A stretch of 64,000 bases of DNA from Squalus acanthias (GCA_030390025.1 CM059432.1:96784001-96848000), one strand, 5' to 3'. Shown: positions 37,890 to 50,674, counted from the first letter of the stretch. Translations and numbers: made by a program. The notes: generated by a model from the sequence alone, not told the origin.

Positions 37890-39700
37890 TACTGTGCCTT
37901 TGCCTACTATAGTGCTGCAGCAGGGCTAGTGGAAGACTGCTCAGTGTCCGTGCAGAAGACTTCAGATGGCCTTGCAGGACACCCTCGACCAGCTCTGGGC
38001 TTGGAAGGCCCGGCTGTGGACTGTACCACCTCGGCATGGGTGGCAGCAGTCTGGGCTGTCTGGATGACGGGCAGTGACCAGGGCAATGGCGAAGTGGGAG
38101 CAGGAATGCTGTCATCCTGAGAGAGGACAGGTTACTGCTCTACTGACCCACTCCCCTAGGGCAGCACTTCAGCATCCCTAGCAATCTGTTGGAGCACAGA
38201 TTGCTGGCCTGCTGCAACACCATGAAAGCCCCGGTCGACGGTGGTAGACCCAGCCATGATGGCAGCAGTCAGAGCTTGCGTGGCATCAAGCTGAGACTGC
38301 ATGAGAGCAGTTTGAGATTGGATGCCACCAAGCATAGACTGCATTACAGCACTAAGATGTTGCGTCGCTTCCGCCTGTGCTGCAATGGAAGCTGCCAGAT
38401 CGCCCATCACACGCGGCATCGGGTCTGGGAGTCTACCATCCTTTACAGACTGGAAATGATGGGCTCCACGGCATGCACAGAGCTCTGTGCAATGTTAGAG
38501 GCGGACTCATCCACGCTCCTTATCATTGCCGAGAGGCGCTCGGTCACTGTTGCCATTGCACCTATCATCTCCATGTACATGCCCATCACCCTTCTTCTAA
38601 ACACCTCCCCACCAAGGTCCTCATCTGAGTCCTGTGCAGCAGAACTTGCACGCGAACTTGCCCTCCGGGGAGCTGACCCCTGAGCTACGCTTCCCCCCCC
38701 CCCCCCCCACCCCGGCCATGCTGCAGCCCACTATATACTAGCCTCTAAAGAACGTGTAGTGCCAGTATCTGAGCTGGTGCCTGCGGGTGAGACATGCAGT
38801 GGTGTTGTCTTCCTCCTCCTCCTCTTCTCCCAACTCACTCTCTACGGTGCCCTTAGGGACAGACTGCTCAGGTGCTTGCTAATTATCTGAAAGCATAAAG
38901 GCACAAGATTCAGGTTAAGGTGAGGGGAGGGGGGCAGGAAAGGAGAAATGCATGCATACTGCATGATTAGCTGAAAAGTGTGACATGCTTGTGGGGTGAG
39001 GGGGAAGTGGTATGAGAGAAAAAGGAGTAGGGATGAACATACCATTGTTGTCTCCAAGGGGGTCAACGTTGCTGGTGGCCACGGCGCCTACCACCTGACG
39101 CCCAATAATCTGCAACACTCTATTCTCCAGCACAGACAGTGGTTGGGTGTCGGCTTGTCCCCCGCCTGTGCGCTCCTGCTCCCTCCTTTGTGAGCTACCT
39201 TGGCCTGCTAGAGAAAGGAAAGTGTGTGAGTTAATGTGGAGCAATGTGTTTGGGTGATGTGCCTGCCATAGTTGAATAGCTGTCATTGTATGCAATGTTG
39301 GTAGGTACAGTTTGTTGGTGGGTGAGAGCTGGGGGTGTGGTGCTTTTGCCAGTGTGTGAAGACTGTGGTGCAGATGGTGGTATGTAGCATTTGTTGAAGC
39401 ATTCACTCACCCTGACCATCCAAGTGAGCTTGTTAAATTTCTTCCTGCACTGTGTGTGGGTCCTGGGAACCACAGTGCTGCCTGAGATGTGTTGCACTAC
39501 CTCCCTCCACATGGTGTGGAAGACTTGCGGTGAGGGCCTCCTGTCACTTGCCAGGTAGAGCACCGCCTTCCGTCTCTCCGCAGTGAACACCAACGCCTCC
39601 AATGCTTGATTGCTGAATCTGCGGGCTCTCTTCTTGGGGCGTGGATCTGCTATGAGTACAGCTGCTTCAGTCCTCTGGCTCCTTCTGCTTGATCTGCTGC
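37890..39700 (-). pseudogene. Harbinger Myb/SANT-like gene, three exons (to 39411; 39204-39043; from 38886)
   Basis: RARRFSNQALEALV..MWREV..RTHTQCRKKFNKL|gtgagt, with GT-AG introns 39410-39205 and 39042-38887. Confidence 0.8.
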
Positions 39701-40619
39701 TGCTTGCTGAGGCAGCTGCACAGCCAGCAATTCTGAGAATAAGGTTCTGCAGCATCAATGAACCTCCCCTTTAAGACATGGAAAAACCTGTGGCAATTAT
39801 TACTTGCAATTAGACCGCACCTGATATTGGTCTACCCTTTGAGTGTAACACCAATGAGCTTGGGCTTACAGAATTGAATTAGCGCTCCAATCATTTCTTT
39901 GAGCATGTGAGAATGAATTTTGCGTGCAGTCAAAAACATTAACGCCTGGCACTAATTCTCCAACTTTTCTAATGATACTGCCCATTCCTCTGTTTATAAA
40001 GCCAAGGATACAGTACGCTTTTTTAACGGCCTTCTCAACTTCTCCTGCCACCTTCAAAGATTTGTGTACATGCACCCCCAGGTCTCTCTGTTCTTGCATC
40101 CCCTTTATAATTGAACCCTTGAGTTTATATTGCCTCTTCTCATTCTTCCTACCAAAAAGCATCACTTTATACTTCTCTGTGTTAAATTTTATCTGCCATG
40201 TGTCTGCCCATTTCACGAGTCTGTCTACATCATCCTGAAGTCTGTTACTATCCTCCTCATTGTTTACTATATTTCTGTGCTTCGTGTCATCTGCAAATTT
40301 TGAAATTATGCCCTGTATACACAAGTCCAGGCCATTCATGTATATCAAAAAGAGCAGTGTTCCCAACACCGAGCCCTGGGGAACACCACTCTATACTTCC
40401 CTCCAATCTGAAAAGCAAGCGTTCACATCTACTCTCTGCTTTCTGTCCCTTAGCCGATTTCGTATCCACACTGCCATTATCCCTTTAATCCCATGGGCTT
40501 CAGTTTTGCTAACAAGTCTAATGTGTGATACTTTATCAAACGCCTTTTGAAAGTCCATATACATAACATCAACTGCACTACCTTCATCAACCCTTTCTGT
40601 TACTTCATCAAAGAACTTT

Positions 40620-41332
40620 GGGGGAAAAATTGGATGGCGCCCATTTTGGGGCGCAAACGTCGCCGGGGTGCTAATTTTAGCGCCCCAAAAAAGTTAGTGC
40701 CCCTCTGCCGTAAATTCAGTAGTAGCGCCCCAAGCAGGAGGTGGGGTGCTACTGGAAAGTGTTCCACCTCCTTCTTGGGGCGCTACTACTGAATTTCATG
40801 GCGCTATGTGCAGCAGCGCCACAAGTGGTGGCACATAGCGCCGTGTCATTTCAGGCCTCCTCCCCTGATTAAAGGGGAGGGGCCTAGCGCTGCACACACC
40901 GGGGCCCTGCCGGACCACTGGGGAATGGGGTGCCGTGAAAACAGCCCGGCACTCGGAGTGCCGGACTGAGCGATCGCAGGCCGGCACCCCGCATAAAAAA
41001 AAGTGAAAGGGGGCAGGTGCTGGCAGTCGGCCAAAATAAAAATGGCCGCCCAACACCTGCCCTTTAAGTAGCGCCACCGCCGCTGCAAAAACGCCTCCTG
41101 ATCCTGTTGGACATATTGTCTGCCGATAGGTCAGGGGGCGCAAGTGGGGTGTTGTGCACGGCGAAGACGTCATTGCCGGTGGCGCGGGGCGCTACTGGCT
41201 ACCGCCGCCACTAACCTCCCGCTGAATTTCGCTGGAGGCGTTAGTGGTACCGCGCCCAGGCGCTAGGGGATTTGTGCTCTGTTAGCGCCCCCTGGGGGCA
41301 CTGAGAGGCGCAAACCAACCCAATTTTTCCCC
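40620..41332. mobile_element. Non-autonomous Harbinger (MITE-like)
   Basis: TIRs GGGGAAAAATTGG / CCAATTTTTCCCC and about 10 GGCGCTA/TAGCGCC-like motifs. The right end is homologous to 4320-4520. Confidence 0.85.
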
Positions 41333-41369
41333 GCCTTTACTTTTAATGTTAAGATTTTAGTCTCCACTG

Positions 41370-42032
41370 AAGTCAATTTTCACTTGCAATGCCTACCGTT
41401 AAACGGCTGGTAAGGACCTCAAAATGGGATCAGTTGCCTTGTTAACACCGACGATGTGGCCGACGGCATTTTGAAAGGGGCCTACAATTGGGCGTCCAAA
41501 GTGTCTGCCTATTGCAGGCAGTAGGCTCCTTTTTAATATGCAAATCCAATTCCTACAACCCCAATTGCTATGGTAGGTCAGAACTGGCTAGAGCACGCGC
41601 CATGCACATTCCAACCAGTTTCATGTGTAATGGAGCTGAAGAGGCCCAGCAAATGTAACTTTGGAATTATTTTTGTAGCCCTGGAGGAGTTGTGGTGCTC
41701 CTTCAGGATCCACAAAAATAATCTGGGTCCCCCTGTGATCATGACCCCTCCCGTAGCCCCTGCAGTTACCCAGTGGACGTCCAGGTTGGCTTGATCTTGA
41801 GGCCATAATCAGGCGAGCTGCACTGGAGCTCTGGTTTGGCGTCCTGCACAGATGTAAATGAGGCTGAGACCTGAAAATCACATCCACTTCTTCGCTGCAG
41901 GTTTGAGCAGCTGGCCAGTGTGCTCTGCCAGTCATTCGTTCAAAATCGACCCCAATGAAGAGTAGTAATGGGGTGTAAAACAACCCGAACCTGCCCCATT
42001 CCCGCAGGATGGGTTCGGTTAAAATACGGGTC
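41370..42032. mobile_element. MITE-like fragments
   Basis: AAAATCGACCCC (about 41952) and TTAAAATACGGGTC termini resemble other MITE ends. Confidence 0.45.
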
Positions 42033-42744
42033 TTTTGAATTTGAATGGCTGCTGCCTCACCAGGCCATCTACATACATGGGGATTGATATTCCTCTTTCT
42101 CAATGACCTGCTACGGAAAATTGCAGGATAGCATAGCTTTGAAATGTGAGATTCCTGAGAATGCAATTTTGTTATCGGATTGCTAATTGTGAGGTAAAAG
42201 CAACTTTTCATTAAATTTCACTTATGACAACTGATACGTAACATAGAAAGAGCTTGTAAGATATTGCAAATTCAATTGTATATTTATAGAAGTAAACCTA
42301 ATGTGTTGATGTAAGCAAGTTGGCAACAATAAAACCTGCTCTATGTGCGAATTATGAGACTGGTGCTTTAGAATAATTATCATGGCATGTAAACATTTGA
42401 AACGCCACTGAACAAATTAGTCAGCTTAGGTCACTTGCATTAATCATTTTAGCAGTATGTTAAACCTACACTGGAAGATGTGACATGGCATTAACCAGTG
42501 CTCACAGCACCTTTTAATTTCTGGTCTGACATATTCCACTTAGCAATAAATGAGTGGTAAAGTTGCTGACAATCCAAATATTCACCCCTCACTTGTTGTC
42601 ATTTTAATGCGCTTAACAGACATTGATTTATCTATTGCATTACAGTTGCAAATATGTGCAAGAGAATTAAATATTGGCCTCTGTCCCATATAAAATGGGC
42701 TATCGTGAATTCTGAAGCCAGACTTTTCATGATTATACAATAGC

Positions 42745-43200
42745 ATCAACAACCTGCATCTGTATAGCATCTTTTATGTAGCAAATATTGCAAGGAATTT
42801 TACAAGAGTAGCAGTGCACATCAAGCAGGGGATCAAAGAAAAGATGGGTAAGATGACAAAGTATGCTCGAAGAGGTAAATTTAGAGGAAACTTTCGAAGG
42901 TGGGCAGATAGAGAGTTCTAGAGTGCACGGTCAATGTGGCTGACTGCTCTGTCACTGATAGGGGAGCAGACAGAGTAGGCAAGGTTTGGAAGAGAGGAGG
43001 TGCAAGCTCATATAAGTCTGGGGAAGAGAGCAGATATAAGTTGGAGCAAGACCATGGAGGTATTTGGAGGAGAGTGAAGATTTTGATGTCAATATCCTGA
43101 TCTAGCAGAGGTCAATGAGGACAGGATGATGGGTACTTTGTGTAGCCTATTTTATGGCATTCTGTAGGTGGAGCTGGGAGACCAGTGAGGAGAGCTGTAT
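42745..43200 (-). mobile_element. Old L2 3' fragment
   Basis: AACAACCTGCATCTGTATAGCA resembles the L2 tail at 61650, with a purine-rich body on +. Confidence 0.5.
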
Positions 43201-43419
43201 AATGCCTTGGCTACCATCAGCTTCAATCGCAAAGAAAAAATGATATTTCAATTGCCTATAAAAAGCTAATGCGAGAGAGAAGCCCTGAAGTTGGTTTTGC
43301 TTAGAACAGTTGGATTTATTTAAGTTTATCTAATTTCAGTCAGTTGCGATATTAGGCTCCACTCACTTGCTTGTTTGTGTAAATGCATTTTGAGGTTTAC
43401 TTATAATAAGTTATTATTA

Positions 43420-43592
43420 ATTGTCGCTGGCTCAAAAGCCTGCAACTCCCTACATAACATTGTGGGAGCACCATCACCACACGGCTGCAGCGGTTCAAGA
43501 AGAAGGCTCACCATCACCTTCGCAAGAACAAATAGTGATGGGCAATAAATGTCAACCTTGCCAATGATGCCCAGATCCTGAGAATTAATGAA
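43420..43592 (+). mobile_element. LINE family B 3' end
   Basis: CTGCAGCGGTTCAAGA..GATGGGCAATAAATG. Confidence 0.8.
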
Positions 43593-44133
43593 TAAACAAT
43601 TGTGACTCAAAACCAAGAAGCTGAATTATGGAATCTGGTGTGATCAGAATGCAAACTTTAAATTTAAGATCAAAAAAACAATCAAACATGACTGATAACT
43701 TCTGAACTATGGAAACTATACTAAGGAATGAACAGTACAATTATCCTGACAAATGAAACAGTTTAACTGCAGCAGGTTGAAACTAACTTTTAAAGGTACA
43801 AATTATAGAGCCTTGTAACATTTGTTATAGTAGGTTCTTGCTGTTTGACTGCATTCACTCAGACTCCTTGATATGCTATGGTTTATGAGAGACAAATGAA
43901 AGAATACAGTCACAATTAGAAAATCTTAGAAAAACATGAGAATTTTGTGGGCATTAGCACAGTCCTCCATTTTCACAGCATAGGCTAAAAATAATAAGTT
44001 AAAATGGAGGCTATTTTGGACCTGAAGCCATTGAGCAAATCTTTGAGGATTGCTGAGCAACAAAGCAAATAGGCAAGGACATTGAGTTCTTTTTATTGTG
44101 AATTTGGATTCAGACGCAAGTCTGACTTGCAGC

Positions 44134-44291
44134 CAATGCTCCCTCATTTTTTGGTGCACGGTCCCATTAAGTGGCTGCGCGGTCCATTCAAATTTTTGCG
44201 CATGCACGGTTTCTCCCACATAAAAGCTGGTGAGTGACCTGCGCGGGCCCTCCAGACTGCTGCGCGGCCGTGCAGCTTAGTGAGAACGCTG
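44134..44291. mobile_element. hAT-type MITE, 158 bp
   Basis: Perfect 8-bp TSD CTTGCAGC (44126-44133 and 44292-44299), degenerate TIRs CAATGCTCCCTC / GTGAGAACGCTG. Confidence 0.8.
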
Positions 44292-44437
44292 CTTGCAGCC
44301 AATTCTTCTGATAGGCAAGTAGTGTCAACATCGTTTATAATTGACTTGCAACCATACATAGTTGCATTTACTGTGGGTGTGTCCATTTTAATAGATTATG
44401 ATTGCACAAGTTTGTTGTCAATTGATAAAGTGTCACC

Positions 44438-44622
44438 CTTGGCTCAGTGGAAGCACTCTCACCTCTAAGTCAGGAGGTCGTCGGTTCAAGTTACACTTCA
44501 GAGACTTGACCACATAATCTAGGTTGGCACTTAAGTGCATTACTGAGGGAGTGCTGCACTTTTGGTGGTGCTGGCTTTTGGATGAGATGTTACACCGAGG
44601 CCCCGTCTGCCCTCTTAGGTGA
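44438..44622 (+). mobile_element. tRNA-headed Deu-domain SINE, 5' half
   Basis: A box TGGCTCAGTGG, B box GGTTCAAGT, then GAGGGAGTGCTGCAC..GGATGAGATGTTA..CCGAGGCCCCGTCTG. Confidence 0.8.
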
Positions 44623-44644
44623 TCCTACAGCACAATAAGTGCTG

Positions 44645-47188
44645 GAGAGAGAAGCCGTGAAACGTGAGAGAAGCAGCTGTGAGGAGACACCATAAATGCA
44701 GGAGAAGCGGTTGTGAGGAGATGCTATGAAGTGTGGGGGAAGAGACGCCATAAAGCATAGGAGAAGCGGCTGTGACACAAGGCCATAAAGCGTAGGAGAA
44801 TTAGATTAAAGGAAGAGGTTTATAATGTTGCGAAGAATAATAGTAAGCCTGAGGATTGGGAGAGCTTTAGAAACCAGCAAAGGATGACCAAAACATTTAT
44901 AAAAAGGGAGAAAATAGATTTTGAGAGTAAACTAGTAAGAAATATAAAAACATTGTAAGAGCTTTTACAAGTATGTAAAAGGAAAGAGAGTAGCAAAAGT
45001 AAGCATTGGTCCCTTAGAGGCTGAGACAGGTGAAATTATAATGGGGAATAAGGAAATGGCAGAGACTTTAAACAAATATTTTGTATCTGTCTTCAAAGTA
45101 AAAGACACATAGCATACCAAAAATAGTAGGGAACCAAGGGGCTAATAAGAGTGAGGAACTTAAAGTAATTCGTATCAGTAGAGAAAAAGTACTTGAGAAA
45201 CTAATGGGACTAAAAACTGACATTCCCTGGACCTGATGGCCTACATCGTCGGGTTCTAAAAGAGGTGGCTGCAGAGATAGTGGCAGTTGTGATCTTCCAA
45301 AATTCCCTAGATTCTAGAACGGTCCCAGCAGATTGGAAGCTAGCAAATGTAACACCACTATTCAAGAAAGGAGGGAGAGGGAAAACAGGGAACTACAGGC
45401 CAGTTAGCCTGACATCAGTCATCGGAGAAATGCTGGAATCCATTATTAAGGAAGTGGTAACAGGGCACTTAGAAAATCATAGTATGATTAGGCAGTGTCA
45501 ACATGGTTTATGAAAGGGAAATCGTATTTAACAAATTTATTAGTTTTTTGAGGATGTAACGAGCAGGGTAGATAAAGGGGATCCAGTGGTTGTAGTATAT
45601 TTGGATTTCTAAAAAGCTTTAGATAAAGTGCCACATAAAAGGTTGCTACACAAGATAAGGGCTCATGGGTTTGGGGGTAATATATTAGCATGGATAGAGG
45701 ATTGGTTAACGGACAGAAAACAGAGAGTAGAGATAAACGGGTCATTTTCAAGTTGGCAGGCTGTAACTAGTGGGGTGCCGCAAGGATCAGTGCTTGGGCC
45801 TCACCTATTTACAATCTATATTAATGACTTGGATGAAGGGGGTCCGAGTGCAATGTATCCAAGTTTGCTGACGATACAAAGCTAGGTGGGAAAGTAAGCT
45901 GTGAGGAGAACACAAAGAGCCTGCAAAGGGATATAGACTGGTTAAGTGAATGGGCAGTAAGGTGGTAGATGGAGTATAATGTGAGGAAATATGAGGTTAT
46001 TCACTTTAGAAAGAATAGAAAAACAGAATATTTTTTTAAATGGGGAGAAACTATTAAATGTTGGTGTTCAGAGAGATTTAGGTGTCCTCATGCAGGAAAC
46101 ACAGAAAGTTAGCATGCAGGTACAGCAAGCAATTAGGAAGGCAAATTGCATGTTGGCCTTTATTGCAAGGGGGTTGGAGTACAAGAGTAAGGACATCTTA
46201 CTACAATTGTACAGGGCTTTGATGAGAGCACACCTGGAGTACTGTGCACAGTTTTGGCTTCCTTATCTAAGAAAGGACATGCATGCCTTAGAGGCGGTGC
46301 AATGAAGATTCACTAGATTAATCCCTGGGATGAGAGGGTTATCCTATGAGGTGAGATTGAGTAGATTGGGCCTACATTCTCTCGAGATTAGAAGAATGAG
46401 AGGTGATCTCATTGAAACATATAAGATTCTTAGGGGGATTGACAGGGTAGATGCTGAGAGATTGTTTCCCCTGGCTGGAGAGTCTAGAACTAGGGGGAAT
46501 AGTCTCAGGATAAGGGGTCGGCCATTTAAAACTGAGATAAGGAGGAATTTGTTCACTCAAAGGGTTGTGAATCTTTGGAATTCCCAACCCAAAGGGCTAT
46601 GGAAGCTGAGTCATTGAGTATATTAAAGGCTGAGTTAGATAGATTTTTGAACTCTAGGGGAATCAAGGGATATGGGGATCAGGCGGGAAAATGGAGTTGA
46701 GGTCGAAGATCAGCCATGATCTTATTGAATGGCAGAGCAGGCTTGAAGGGCCGCCTTATGTTTTTAGAAGCGGCTGTGAGAAGACGTCATAAAGCATAGG
46801 AGAAGTGGCTGTGAGAAGACACCATAAAGCATGGGAGAAGTGGCTGTGAGAAGACACCATAAAGCATAGGAGAAGTGGCTGTGAGAAGACACCATAAAGC
46901 ATAGGAGAAGTGGCTGTGAAGAGATGTCATAATGTGGGATAAGAATTTGTGATGCGAGACCATAAAGTGCGAGAGAAGTGGCAGTGACGCGAGGCCATAA
47001 AGCGTGGGAGAAGTGGCAGTGACGCGAGGTCATAAAGTGTGGGAGAAGTGGCAGTGACGCGAGGCCATAAAGCGTGGGAGAAGTGGCAGTGACGCGAGGC
47101 CATAAAGTGCAGGAGAAGCAGCTGTGAGCAGGCATCCTAAAGCATGGGAGAAACGGCTGTGAGGAGACGCCATAAAGTACGGGGAAGT
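44645..47188 (+). repeat. 35-bp tandem array (44645-44800 and 46766-47188) split by a CR1 insertion
   Basis: Unit AGAAGTGGCTGTGAGAAGACACCATAAAGCATAGG, starts at 46801, 46836 and 46871. About 4 plus about 12 units. Confidence 0.9.
44801..46765 (+). mobile_element. 5'-truncated CR1 with 3' end
   Basis: [28 protein letters not shown] and a 3' UTR. AGAA on both flanks is a possible short TSD. Confidence 0.92.
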
Positions 47189-47189
47189 G

Positions 47190-47750
47190 ATTGAGATGAG
47201 GCCTCTCTGTGACGCAAGGAAGAGACTGGGGGAAAAAATCTGAATCTGAAAAAGTTACGTCGGAGGAGTGGTGGAGCCTAAGGAATTACAGTTAAGTGTT
47301 TAATTTATTATATAATTAAATCAAGTGTTTAATTAATCTGTTCTAGAGGGATAAAATTAAAATTAACTAAACAGAGGATACTAACAATAAAGGATTCTGT
47401 ATTTCATTAAATTAAAATTTGATATATATAAATAATAACTAGGAGTTAAGGAAATAATAAAATAAAGATAATAAAAACAAGGTTAATTAACTACAAATTA
47501 ATCTGTAAACAACCTAAATCCAAATATCTAAATATAATCTAGACCTCAAATTGTATTATATTTCGAACTAAATTAATACTAATAAATAAAAACTAGAAAT
47601 GGTAGGACAGACTATGTATTGGGACTGTAATATGTGGGAGTTTGTGGACAGCGAGTCTGTCCGTGATTGCTACATTTGCAGGAAATGTCTCTGTCTTGAG
47701 ATACTCCGGCTCAGAGTCTTTTGAGCTGGAGTGTAAGATAGACACTCACG
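47190..47750 (+). mobile_element. CR1 5' leader and ORF1 start (ATG at 47599), truncated
   Basis: AT-rich leader then MVGQTMYWDCNMWEF..YICRKCLCLEILRLRV, homologous to the ORF1 zinc finger starting at 31732. Confidence 0.75.
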
Positions 47751-49261
47751 ACACATAATAACAGTGGATGGCACTGACAGTAAAAGACAGACTTTCAAAC
47801 AAAAGAAATGCTGTAACTTCTTAAACATTCATAGTCAGGAAACATCCACACATTCAGAGACACTTTCACACAAACTGAAATTCCAACAGCTTTTAAGTTT
47901 CCTTTCACTCAGTAATTCTTCCACTTTTCTCGAAACAGAAGCTGGCAGCATCTCCCATCAGCTTCAGTGCCAGTTTCAACTTTAAGTTTTTTTTATGTCG
48001 CCTTTTGAACTGTTGTCTCAGCAGCTTGTTTTGGTTCTCTCTCTCCCTGTTCTTTTCCTTCATTTACTGAGTTCCCAGAGTTTGTGCCACTGCTACCGCA
48101 GCCCCCACCTAGAGTTGGGTTAGCATACAGTTTAGATCAACATTCCTGGTTTTTAGCTGCTGGCGTTCTTTTACTCCCTCTATTTAATCTCTCTGGTAGT
48201 TGTTATCCCTTATGTCGTCATGTTGCACGCAAACGTGAGCTACATGGTGTAAAAACTGCCTGCACTTACCTAATTTGATTTCGCCTAGAGTTATTTGGCT
48301 CCGGATCCATTCTGTCACTTTTCAGTCCATTCAGTCCCCTTCTGGACTGCTCAGAAATGACACTAAATGTGTCTCACATAACTTCTCAAATTTCTTATCT
48401 CAGACCATCTCAACATTGTTTGAGTCCACCATTCTTAATGAATTGCCACAATATTACTGGTAGGTGACAATTTCCTACACTCCCCGAAGGTTTTCCTTCC
48501 TTAACTGGCTCGGCAGCCAACCACACCAGTCCCAGGATCCCACTTACACTAAAATATATCAATAACCATTAATCAGCTCCTGGGTGGCTCACCATTGTAA
48601 TAAACTTAAAGTCCCTTTGGACTGTCTGTTAAATGGTTCGAGCTGACTCCATATTGGTAACAGTTATGATTTTATTTAAGCATAAGTGAGACTTAATACA
48701 CTCAGTAGTCGAGCAGCAGTTTACAAAGTACAATTGAGAATTATATTACCTGTTATTGTCCTTTGGATAGAAGGCGTAGCCCATTCCGTGTTCCTTCTAC
48801 TTACCTATACATCTGCACAAGTCTGGTGCCCTTCTACACTCAGAATGTCCCAAACCCACTAGGATATACCCCAGAAACCAAACTGCGGAGAAATCCATCC
48901 ATTCATAAGCACAGCAAGTTCTGTGTCCAGGCACAGGCCTTGAGCCTCCCTTATCTGCTTTTTAGCCATAGCACAAGCTTTTTCCGTGCTTGTTTTCTGT
49001 TTCCATGGTTGATGATGCAACCCAAGACCTTGAGGACAACAAAGTTCTAACTGTAATTAAAATCTAGATTTTAACATACATTTCCCTAATTCTAGCAGCG
49101 GAGAAATAAAGCTAAATTAATAAAACTATAAACGAGCAATCTTAATATTAAACTGCAATCTAGCAAAGCTTAATAATGAAAATTAGTAAAAGGGAATTAT
49201 TTAATTATTTTTCAATGACTTACAAAAGTTTGCACCTTCCCACACACACAGAAAGAGATAA

Positions 49262-50672
49262 GGGCCGCAACTCTGCCGGCGCTCAGGGCGGGTTTGGAGG
49301 CAGGTCAGGGGTTAAATCCGAAATGATTGACGGCAGGTTCCGAACCCACCGCGAGCCTGCCTCCACGCAACTTTCCCAAGTGTCGGGTCTGCGATTTAAA
49401 AACAGACCCGACACCAAGCGACGGGTAAGGGATTAAAGGCACATAACTGCTTGTTAAGTGCTGATTTGAGCTATTTTGACACCATTTTAAAATTTTCCTA
49501 TTTTTGGGTCGGGTTTCACGACGTTTGGAGAACACGGCAGGCAAGTGTGTTGGGAACACCAACGAGCTGGAAACTTCACAGCTGCAACTGAACTGTAAAA
49601 GCTGCACTCAAATCTGGTCAGTTTCAAATGTCAGAGGTTGGTGATTGAACAATTTGGGAACCACATTCTGTTTAGGCTGCAAGTATGTGGTGTTCACTCT
49701 ATATCCACTGTCACCTGCATTGCTGGATTTTAAAGGCGCACTTGCCCTTCACAGTGCCACCTCAAATTCTCAGGACACATATGGCAACGATGTCAAACCT
49801 TTATTCAACATAAATTTATTCCAACATAAGAAAAGAACAGAAACTTCACAATTAAATCTATCAGAACACCCAAGTGAGAATCCTTGTGCTTATTTATGTG
49901 TCATCTTTCTCTTACCCGTACTTCTACGATGTGTTCCCCCTGTGGCTTCAGCAGATGTAGAGACAGCCTGCTCACCTCCCTGCTGCGCCTGCTTAGATGC
50001 CTTTGGCAGTCATCCTCTGGGTTTTGGAGCCTGTGAAGGCCCCGCCAAAGTCTGATCCTCCTGCGGTTGCGCAGGGGCAGACTCGGCCATCACTGCTTGG
50101 GTGCTCATCTAGGGCTCTGACTGAGGGGTTGGCAAGGGGATGGAAGTTTGAGCGCTTGGAGAGGAGCCCTCACTTGCATGTCCCCGCCCACCATCATCCC
50201 TCTCATGGGCCACCCGCACTTCTCTGCTAGCAAGTAGCTGGATATCACCTTGCTGCACATCAGTGGGTCCATGTGGACCCGTCTCTGTACTGACAGTCCT
50301 CATAACGGGGACATCCATGTACCTCTGGTTCCTCTCCATAGCTGACCATCTATCTAGAAGAGTCACCATGTTGTTTTGATTCTGGCGAATGATGTCCTCC
50401 TTGGAGGTTGCCATCCTTTACATTGCGGAACCCACATTCGCCATTGCGTGCGCAACGATATTGCTCATGTTTGAGATGGACTCCTCCATTCTCTGCACAC
50501 TCGCAGTCATCAGGTTTGCAAAGCCACTCAGAGCCTCCTGCACTTGTTCCTGAAGCTCCAGCACTGCTCTCTTTCCAGATGGCCCCAGAGGCTCAGCGTC
50601 TACATGCAGCTGAGCAGAGCTAGGAGCGCCCTGCGGCCTCCGACGAGAACTCTCCACTGCTGTCCCTGTCTC
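49262..50672. mobile_element. Harbinger fragment with a Myb-gene last exon (-)
   Basis: TAA|GGGCCGCAACT end and coiled-coil reading EQVQEALSGFANLMTASVQRMEESISNM, similar to exon 3 of the other copies. Confidence 0.65.
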
Positions 50673-50674
50673 CA

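Larger units (their letters stand above)
36767..39983. mobile_element. Harbinger element with internal deletion, nested in CR1
   Basis: GGGCA..TGCCC ends. Convergent transposase and Myb genes join at about 37885. Confidence 0.85.
36188..40617 (-). mobile_element. CR1 3' part split by a Harbinger insertion (36188-36766 and 39984-40617)
   Basis: ATTCTATG-type tail at about 36190. The RT reading SKFADD..ILGFINRG continues across the insertion. Confidence 0.85.

Noticed and set aside
44438..44512. tRNA gene
   Set aside because: A and B boxes are present, but there is no clean acceptor stem and the sequence runs into a SINE body.
44645..47188. 35-bp repeats as a CRISPR array
   Set aside because: Units are contiguous with no unique spacers, there are no cas genes, and the context is eukaryotic.
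48465..49080. Solo LTR
   Set aside because: It looks LTR-like, but I could not define TG..CA boundaries, a TSD or a second copy.
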